This document shows, piece after piece, positions 24,223 through 30,250 of a DNA stretch of 30,250 bases (its first letter is position 1; each line of letters starts with the position of its first letter). The notes below the pieces were generated by a model. The model was given only the letters and a program-made list of their open reading frames with translations, ran no database searches and was not told the origin of the DNA. The position numbers and the translations under genes are program-made. The stretch is from Myxococcota bacterium (GTDB taxonomy: Bacteria > Myxococcota > JACRCW01), in assembly GCA_040752415.1 (NCBI GenBank), contig JBFMGU010000128.1, positions 1 through 30,250 of the forward strand, read 5' to 3'.

Positions 24223-25583
24223 TCACGCTCACGACGCTGCTCATGGTGACCATGGCGCAATCCCCGGCGACGTCCACGGAGCCGCAGCGTCGTGCGGTGG
24301 TCCTTCCGCTGCAGTTGCGCGCGGATCCTCCGGAGGACGTGCGGGTGGCCGCGCCCGGCGTGGAACGCGCTCTCACCGACGCGGTGGCGCGACACGCTCC
24401 GTTCCCCGTGGTCGGCCGCTCCGAGCTTGCGGCACTACTCAATGTCGAGGTGCGACAGCAGCTCACGGGATGCAACGCGGACTCGTGCATCGCCGAAGTG
24501 GCCGACGCGCTGGGTGCGGAGCTGGCCGTCATCCCCAAGCTGGACCTCGCCCACGGCGTGTGGACGTTGCGCACCTCGCTCGTCGAGCGGAGGACTGCGT
24601 CCGCGTTGCGTCGCGCTGGCGTGCAGGCGCGCTCCCTGGATGCGCTGGTGAACTCGCTGGACTCGGTGGCCCGCCAGCTCGTTGGCGGACCGGGCGCCTC
24701 GCTCTCGGATTCCAGGCTCGCGGAACGGCTCGGCACCGACGCGGAAGGCATGGCCCTGCTCCGTCAGCGGGTGGCGGCCGCGCCCGACGTCGACGTGGCG
24801 GAGACCTGGACGGACATCATCATCGAGCGCAACCGCGAGTCACCCGTGCTGGCGCTGTTGGAAGCGGCGGCGTTCCCCGCCGGGGCCGCGTTGCTGTGGC
24901 TGGTGACGCCGTGGACGGGAATTCCGCTCGGGATCGTCGTGGGCGCGGGGCTGGGGCTGGCGGCGCCACCGCAGATCACGCTGTTGCCCTTGTTCGCGGC
25001 GTTCGTGATTCCGGTCGTGGCGCAGGGGGTGTTGCTCATCCCGATCGGCGCGTCTCTCGTCGTGGCGGTGATCGACGCCTTGGACCTTGGGCGCGTGCCG
25101 GTCTGGCGTCAGGGGTGTTGTCGCGACGAGACGCGTGTGCGCGCCGCCACGGATCCTTCCATGGGTCACCGCGCGGCGGCGGTGATTGCCGCGTTGGGTG
25201 GCGTGGCGCTGGGGATGCTCGTCGTGGCGCACCCGTTCCTGGTGCTCCCTGCGGCCCTGCTCGGCGCCGTCGTGGGCGTGGGCGCGCAGGCGGCGCTGGG
25301 ACCGGGTGTGTGGGGGCCCGCCATCGTCCTCGACGCCACGCTCAGCACCGAGCCCGCCAAGCCGGCCGCGCTGGCCTTTGCGTCCTCGGCGTGGGTGGGG
25401 ATGGCGATCGTGCCACCGTTGATGGCGGCGTCCTTCGTGACAGCGGTGATGCTGATGCTGACGGAACGCTCCCGCCTCGTCGACGAGGAGCCGCCCGCGG
25501 TCACTTCGCCACGGCCTGCCGCGTCAGGTACTCCGCCATCGCCTCGCCAAACGCCGGCAGATCAGGCGGGCGCCGGGAAGTGA
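24219..25583 (+). CDS. Membrane protein, paralog B, same architecture
   Basis: SD GGAGG, ATGA overlap; GCNADSCIAEVADALGAELAV; IIERNRES; QGCCRDE. Confidence 0.75.
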   Translation: MITLTTLLMVTMAQSPATSTEPQRRAVVLPLQLRADPPEDVRVAAPGVERALTDAVARHAPFPVVGRSELAALLNVEVRQQLTGCNADSCIAEVADALGAELAVIPKLDLAHGVWTLRTSLVERRTASALRRAGVQARSLDALVNSLDSVARQLVGGPGASLSDSRLAERLGTDAEGMALLRQRVAAAPDVDVAETWTDIIIERNRESPVLALLEAAAFPAGAALLWLVTPWTGIPLGIVVGAGLGLAAPPQITLLPLFAAFVIPVVAQGVLLIPIGASLVVAVIDALDLGRVPVWRQGCCRDETRVRAATDPSMGHRAAAVIAALGGVALGMLVVAHPFLVLPAALLGAVVGVGAQAALGPGVWGPAIVLDATLSTEPAKPAALAFASSAWVGMAIVPPLMAASFVTAVMLMLTERSRLVDEEPPAVTSPRPAASGTPPSPRQTPADQAGAGK

Positions 25584-26043
25584 TCAGGTTTCCGTCGACG
25601 ACCACGGGCTCGTCGCGCCAGATGGCGCCGGCGTTTTCCACGTCGTCACGGATGCCTGGGGTGGAGGTCATGCGCCGGCCGCGCAGCACCTTGGCGCTGA
25701 TGAACACCCATGGCCCGTGGCAGATGGTGGCCAGCATGGCGCCGCGGTCGTCGAGCTCGCGGATGATCAGCAGCAGGTTCTGCATCCGGCGCAGCTTGTC
25801 CGGAGCCCAGCCGCCCGGGACCATGATCCCCGTGAAGTCCTTGCTGCGCATGTCGGTGAGTGCCGCGTCGGCTTCCAGCGGGTAGCCGTGCTTGCCGTGG
25901 CACCGTTTTCCATCGGGAGTGGCCAGCACCACCCGCGCCCCCAGCGATTCCAGGCGCAGCTTGGGGTACCAGACCTCCAGGTCCTCGTATTCGTCGGCAA
26001 CGGGAAACAGGATGCGATGGCTTGAGAGCGTGGTAGGCGTCAT
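25501..26043 (-). CDS. PfpI/DJ-1 family (type 1 glutamine amidotransferase-like) protein
   Basis: EYEDLEVWYP, GKHGYP, VPGGWAPDKLRR, ICHGPW, VVVDGNLITSRRPPDLPAF. Confidence 0.95.
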   Translation of the reverse strand: MTPTTLSSHRILFPVADEYEDLEVWYPKLRLESLGARVVLATPDGKRCHGKHGYPLEADAALTDMRSKDFTGIMVPGGWAPDKLRRMQNLLLIIRELDDRGAMLATICHGPWVFISAKVLRGRRMTSTPGIRDDVENAGAIWRDEPVVVDGNLITSRRPPDLPAFGEAMAEYLTRQAVAK

Positions 26044-26109
26044 GCCTGATTACTAACGGAGGGGGAGGGCGGCGCTCAAAGGCTTCACCCTCCCAAGGAG
26101 CTTGACGGC

Positions 26110-28113
26110 GTGCTGGGTCTTCGGTGGCGGGTGGTGGCTGCGCTGCTGGCCAAGGAGGGTCGTGAGGTCCTCCGTGACCGTCGCACGCTCCTGCTGACCC
26201 TGGTGGTCCCGGCCGTCGTCTACCCGCTGCTCATTGCGTCCATGGGGCAGATGACCGCCGCCGCCGTGGCCAGCCTGCGCGCGCGTCCCGTCACCGTGGC
26301 CGTCTCCACCAACCTCCCCCCCGACGTGCTGGACGGCCTCAAGGATGCCGACAACGTCACGGTGCGCGAGTCCGAGAGTCCCGAGAAGGACGTGCGCGAG
26401 GGCGAGGTGCGCGCGGGCCTGGAGCCCATGCCGCCACCGCCCGGCACATCCGGCGACGGCGTGCGCATGTTCATGGACGCCGCCAACGACGAGAGTCGCG
26501 CCGCCGCCGACCGCGTGGAGCAGGCGCTGGACAAGGTGCGTGAGCAACGGCTGCAGGGCCGCCTCGCGCGCCTGGGTGTCGACGAGGCCTACCTGCAACC
26601 GCTCCCCGTGGAGAAGCGCAACACCAGCGCGCCGGAACGGATGAAGACCTATGCCGCCGCGCGCATGCTTCCGTTCCTGCTCATCGTGCTCTCGCTGGTG
26701 GGCGCCACCGCCGCCGCCGTCGACACCACCGCCGGTGAGCGCGAGCGCGGCACGTTGCTCACGCTCATGACCGCACCGGTGCGCGCCGGGGAGGTGGCCG
26801 CGGCCAAGCTGGTGACGGTGGCGGGTGTGGCGCTGGCGGCGGGACTGGCCAACATGCTCTCGCTGGGCTTCACCCTGGCCAGCAGCATGGCCACGTCCAT
26901 GCAGTTCTCGCTGGCGCTCTCTCCACGACTCATCGCCGGCTGCCTGCTCGCGCTGGTCCCGACGACACTGTACGGCGCCGCGCTCCTCCTCGGGCTCGCT
27001 GCATTGGGGCGCACGTCGCGGGAGGCGCAGACCGCCACCGCGCCGGCGTTGTTCATTGGCCTTGGTCTCGCCGCGGTGGTGGCCATCCCCGGCGTGCAGG
27101 CGCAACCGATGTTCAACGCGTTGCCGGTGGCGGGCCCCGCGCTCCTGATGCGCGACCTGCTGATGGGCGACGCCACGCTCCCCCAGGCGCTCACCGTCAT
27201 CGTGTCCAGCCTGGTGACGTTGTGGCTCCTCGTCAGCTTTGCAGCGCGCGTGCTGATGAGTGAGCCCATGGTGAGCTCGCAGGTCTCCACCGCGGCGGTG
27301 ATCCGGGATCTCTCCGGCGGCACGCGACCCACCACGCTGTCCGCCGCCATCCTTGCCGCCACGCTGCTGGCCAGCACGGTGTACGTGGCGCCGTGGATGC
27401 AGCGGAAGGATCTCATCTGGGGCCTGGTGGGCACGCAGCTGTGCCTGGCGGGACTGGGCGCGGGCCTGCTCCTTGCCCTGCGCCTCGACGTCAAATCGCT
27501 CCTGGGCCTGCGCCTCCTCCCGCCGTGGCGGGCGGTGGCCAGCGCCGCGCTGTTTGGTCTTTCGCTCGGCGTTCCTCTCGCCATGGCGGAGGCGTGGCTG
27601 GTGAAGGTGAGTGGCCTGGAGGAGGCGCTGAAGGGCCTGGAGGAGGCGTTCCGTGAGCTGTTCGAGACGCGGCTGGACACCGTGACCGCGGTGCTCGTCC
27701 TCGGCGTCATGCCCGGGATCTTCGAGGAGCTGGCGTTCCGCGGCGCGTTGCAGGGTGTGCTGCTCAAGGTGACGCGCGCGCGTCGGGCGGTGGTGCTCCA
27801 AGCGGTGATCTTTGCTCTGGCCCACCAGAGCGCCATCCGGTTTCCGCCCACGTTCGTCCTCGGGATCATCCTTGGCCTGCTGCGGCTGCGCAGTGGCAGC
27901 GTCGTGCCCGGCATGATCCTGCACACGTTGCACAACGGGCTGGTGGCGGTGGTGCTGACGGCAACCGGGGCCAGCGCCACGCTCGACGAAGACGCCGTGC
28001 GCACGCTGCTCGGTGATCCGCGGCTGGTGGTGGGGATCGTGGTGTCGCTGCTGATGGGGACGTGGCTGCTCTACCGCACCCGTCCGCGCGTCAGCGACGA
28101 CGGAAGAACGTGA
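26110..28113 (+). CDS. ABC-2 type permease (NatB-like) fused to a CPBP/Abi intramembrane protease domain
   Basis: SD AAGGAG; KEGREVLRDRRTL, DTTAGERERGTLLTLMTAPV, SREAQT; CPBP motifs EELAFRG, FALAH, HTLHN. Confidence 0.9.
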   Translation: MLGLRWRVVAALLAKEGREVLRDRRTLLLTLVVPAVVYPLLIASMGQMTAAAVASLRARPVTVAVSTNLPPDVLDGLKDADNVTVRESESPEKDVREGEVRAGLEPMPPPPGTSGDGVRMFMDAANDESRAAADRVEQALDKVREQRLQGRLARLGVDEAYLQPLPVEKRNTSAPERMKTYAAARMLPFLLIVLSLVGATAAAVDTTAGERERGTLLTLMTAPVRAGEVAAAKLVTVAGVALAAGLANMLSLGFTLASSMATSMQFSLALSPRLIAGCLLALVPTTLYGAALLLGLAALGRTSREAQTATAPALFIGLGLAAVVAIPGVQAQPMFNALPVAGPALLMRDLLMGDATLPQALTVIVSSLVTLWLLVSFAARVLMSEPMVSSQVSTAAVIRDLSGGTRPTTLSAAILAATLLASTVYVAPWMQRKDLIWGLVGTQLCLAGLGAGLLLALRLDVKSLLGLRLLPPWRAVASAALFGLSLGVPLAMAEAWLVKVSGLEEALKGLEEAFRELFETRLDTVTAVLVLGVMPGIFEELAFRGALQGVLLKVTRARRAVVLQAVIFALAHQSAIRFPPTFVLGIILGLLRLRSGSVVPGMILHTLHNGLVAVVLTATGASATLDEDAVRTLLGDPRLVVGIVVSLLMGTWLLYRTRPRVSDDGRT

Positions 28114-28750
28114 ACTCGCCACTCATGTCGTCGGCCAGGCGGTCGAATGCGGCGGGGCCGAAGAGGTAGCCGTATTCCTCGCCGTGCGCGCGGGCCCAGG
28201 CCTGCAGGTAGCGCTTGAGGTCACCCGTCTCCGGGCGGGCTTCTTCTTTCTCGGCGGGGGCCACCTCCACGCCGGGCGTGGGCGGTTCCGGCTCGGGCGG
28301 GAGCTCCAGGTTCCAGGGCGGCGCCTCCTCCGCCTCCACCTTGTGGAGCCGACACCAGTCCATGATGAACTGATGCGCCAGCACGTCGCGGAAGGTGAAC
28401 CAGCGCTTACGCTCGTCGGCGTATTGCGTGACCACGTCCTTGAACCGACGGAACGCGCCCTTTCCCACGATGCTGTCCTGCAGCCGCTCGCGCAGCTCGG
28501 CGTGCTGCACCGTGGAGATGAACTTCTCCATCATGCGGTACTGCTCCCGGCTGGGGATGGGCTCGATGCGCAGGAAGTTGTCCGGGGCGGCGGCCACGCG
28601 CTGGCCGGCCGGGTCGGAGGGATCCTCGCCAATGAGGGTCACCACCTCGCCGGTGGTGCGGTCCAGGTAGCTGCGCGCGTCGGGAGAATGGTTCTCGAAC
28701 GCCGCCTCCAGGCTCATCCAGTCCACGCGGATCTTCCGGTTCTCACTCAC
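28091..28750 (-). CDS. UPF0158 family protein
   Basis: LEAAFE...SYLDRTTGEV, SREQYRMMEKFI, GKGAFRRFKD, ERKRWFTFR; GTG start with SD GAGGGAG. Confidence 0.9.
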   Translation of the reverse strand: MSENRKIRVDWMSLEAAFENHSPDARSYLDRTTGEVVTLIGEDPSDPAGQRVAAAPDNFLRIEPIPSREQYRMMEKFISTVQHAELRERLQDSIVGKGAFRRFKDVVTQYADERKRWFTFRDVLAHQFIMDWCRLHKVEAEEAPPWNLELPPEPEPPTPGVEVAPAEKEEARPETGDLKRYLQAWARAHGEEYGYLFGPAAFDRLADDMSGEFTFFRRR

Positions 28751-28767
28751 GGCCACTCCCTCACGCG

Positions 28768-29139
28768 TCACACCACGGCGCGCAGGATGAAATTCAGGTC
28801 CATCTCCAGCTGGTCCCGCACCAGGATGCGCTCCGCACCCGCCTCACGAACCGCGCGGAACGCGCCCTCCTCCACGCGCGCCAGGAACGCCACCATGGGC
28901 ACGTTCTTGAGCGTGGCGTCGGCCTTGGCCTTGCGGATCAGCGCGGGAACGGCGGCACCCGCGTCGCCATCCGCCAGCACCAGGCGCACCGGTCCGGCGT
29001 CCGCGTGCAACGTGGCGTCCGCCTCCGCCGGCACCACCCGCACCTGCAGCGAGAGCCGCTCCGCCGTGGTGCGCAGGGCGCCCGCCAGGCGCGCGTCCCC
29101 GCCCACCAGCAGCACAACGCCCTTGTGGTCCTGGCTCAT
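28768..29139 (-). CDS. Atypical single-domain response regulator (receiver-like)
   Basis: Receiver-like pattern VVLLV / VRLVLAD / LKNVPMVAF / VREAGAERIL; the acidic pocket and conserved Lys look degenerate. Confidence 0.7.
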   Translation of the reverse strand: MSQDHKGVVLLVGGDARLAGALRTTAERLSLQVRVVPAEADATLHADAGPVRLVLADGDAGAAVPALIRKAKADATLKNVPMVAFLARVEEGAFRAVREAGAERILVRDQLEMDLNFILRAVV

Positions 29140-29190
29140 GGCCCGACTTGGTAACGCCCTCAGGCCGTCTTTGACCAGCGCTCGCCGTGC

Positions 29191-30250
29191 TCACCCGTGC
29201 GGCGCAGGTGCGCTTCCGTCGGACATCTCCGCGCCCCCATCCTCCGTCCCGACGAGCCCGCCGTCCCCGCCGTCGTGGGAGGCGTCCGGGGTGCCGGCGT
29301 CGGGCGGGTCGGGGCGTGGGTCCGGGATGGCGGCCAGGGCCTCAATGAGCTGCGCGCAGGCCCGCCGGCTGGCCATCTCGCGCACGCCGGTAACCATGCG
29401 CCCGCGACGGATCACCAGCGACTCCCGGTGCGTCTCCACGTCGAGGAGGCTGAGCACCACGGCGTCTCCCAGGCGGAACGGGCTCACCGTGAGGAAGTCC
29501 TCCATGGCCGCGGACTGCACGGCTTCGCTGGCCGTGGAAGCGGCCTTCTCGTCGGCAAGGCGCATCACCAGCGCGGTGACCTGCACGCCGTCCTGGCACT
29601 CATGTCGACTCACCACCGCCAGCCCACTCAGCCCGCGCACCGGCGCCCCCGCCACCACGCGCGCCGTGCCCGGCACCATGAACACGTCGGGAGACAGCCG
29701 CGCCAGGACGGCCTCTCCGTCGGCGGGGAGCGCGCGGGCCACCTGCGCCGCCAACGCGTGCGCGTGTGCGGTGGGCTCCACCTCCCGCGGCGCGTAGATC
29801 CACCCCAACCGTGAGCCCTTGAGCACCAGCAGGCGGACGCGCGCGGTGTCTCCCGGGAGTGGTCGGTCGTCGGACAGCGCCGGCGGATCCACCCCGCGGA
29901 TGCCGCGTGGCTCCTCCTTGCGGTCCAGGTCAAACGCGCACCGGGCCCCATCCGGATCCGCAAAGCCCAGCAGCACCACCACCAGCTCCACCCCGGATCC
30001 CATCCCGTACCGAGCGCGCGCCGCCTCCTGGATCCCGCACGCCACCAGGGGTGGGGCCACCTCCCCCAGGAAGCCCGCCATCCCTTCCCCACGAACCCAT
30101 TCCGGCTCATCCCGCCTCAGCGGCGGGTCACCCTCCGGCAACAGCGCCGCCAGGCCCTCCAACGCGGGTTTGGGGGGCGGGGGCTGGGGTTTGGGCTTGC
30201 TGCTGCTGCACGCCAGCTCACCCGCGGTCAGCCCCGCCAAAACCAAGGCC
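29191..30250 (-). CDS. Putative lipoprotein, 5' partial, with a DAG-rich C-terminal tail
   Basis: Hydrophobic stretch ending ELA|C followed by a Pro-rich linker; the frame runs to the window edge. Confidence 0.65.
   Translation of the reverse strand, partial: ALVLAGLTAGELACSSSKPKPQPPPPKPALEGLAALLPEGDPPLRRDEPEWVRGEGMAGFLGEVAPPLVACGIQEAARARYGMGSGVELVVVLLGFADPDGARCAFDLDRKEEPRGIRGVDPPALSDDRPLPGDTARVRLLVLKGSRLGWIYAPREVEPTAHAHALAAQVARALPADGEAVLARLSPDVFMVPGTARVVAGAPVRGLSGLAVVSRHECQDGVQVTALVMRLADEKAASTASEAVQSAAMEDFLTVSPFRLGDAVVLSLLDVETHRESLVIRRGRMVTGVREMASRRACAQLIEALAAIPDPRPDPPDAGTPDASHDGGDGGLVGTEDGGAEMSDGSAPAPHG

Overview
GC-rich bacterial window, most consistent with a myxobacterium (Myxococcota): PEGA protein, MopE-like repeats, a MYXO-CTERM-like tail and a TonB_C-fused receptor. 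No searches were run; family calls come from motif recognition and memory. (1) 1-3440: right end of an integrated element (cargo genes, frameshifted excisionase-like gene, tyrosine integrase). The integrase ORF reads antisense into tRNA-Glu(CTC) and stops in its anticodon loop. (2) 3400-11145: tRNA-Glu, two tRNA-Gln genes, prs, a CxxCH/MopE-repeat surface protein, Uma2 nuclease, a GMC oxidoreductase with a Tat partner, and a small helical protein. (3) 11200-19730: a locus with four Fur-like operator sites, encoding a PEGA protein, a TonB_C-fused FecA-like receptor, a P19/Tp34-like + FEA1/DUF4856-like fusion protein, a second P19-like lipoprotein, a GT-C glycosyltransferase-like membrane protein and a second FEA1/DUF4856-like lipoprotein. 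This is the best candidate for an undescribed iron/metal acquisition system. (4) 19732-22834: a three-gene operon led by a cysteine protease that resembles eukaryotic actin maturation protease (ACTMAP), followed by a beta-propeller-like protein and a secernin-like C69 peptidase. (5) 22927-30250: tandem paralogous membrane proteins, PfpI, a NatB-CPBP fusion, UPF0158, an atypical receiver domain and a partial lipoprotein.
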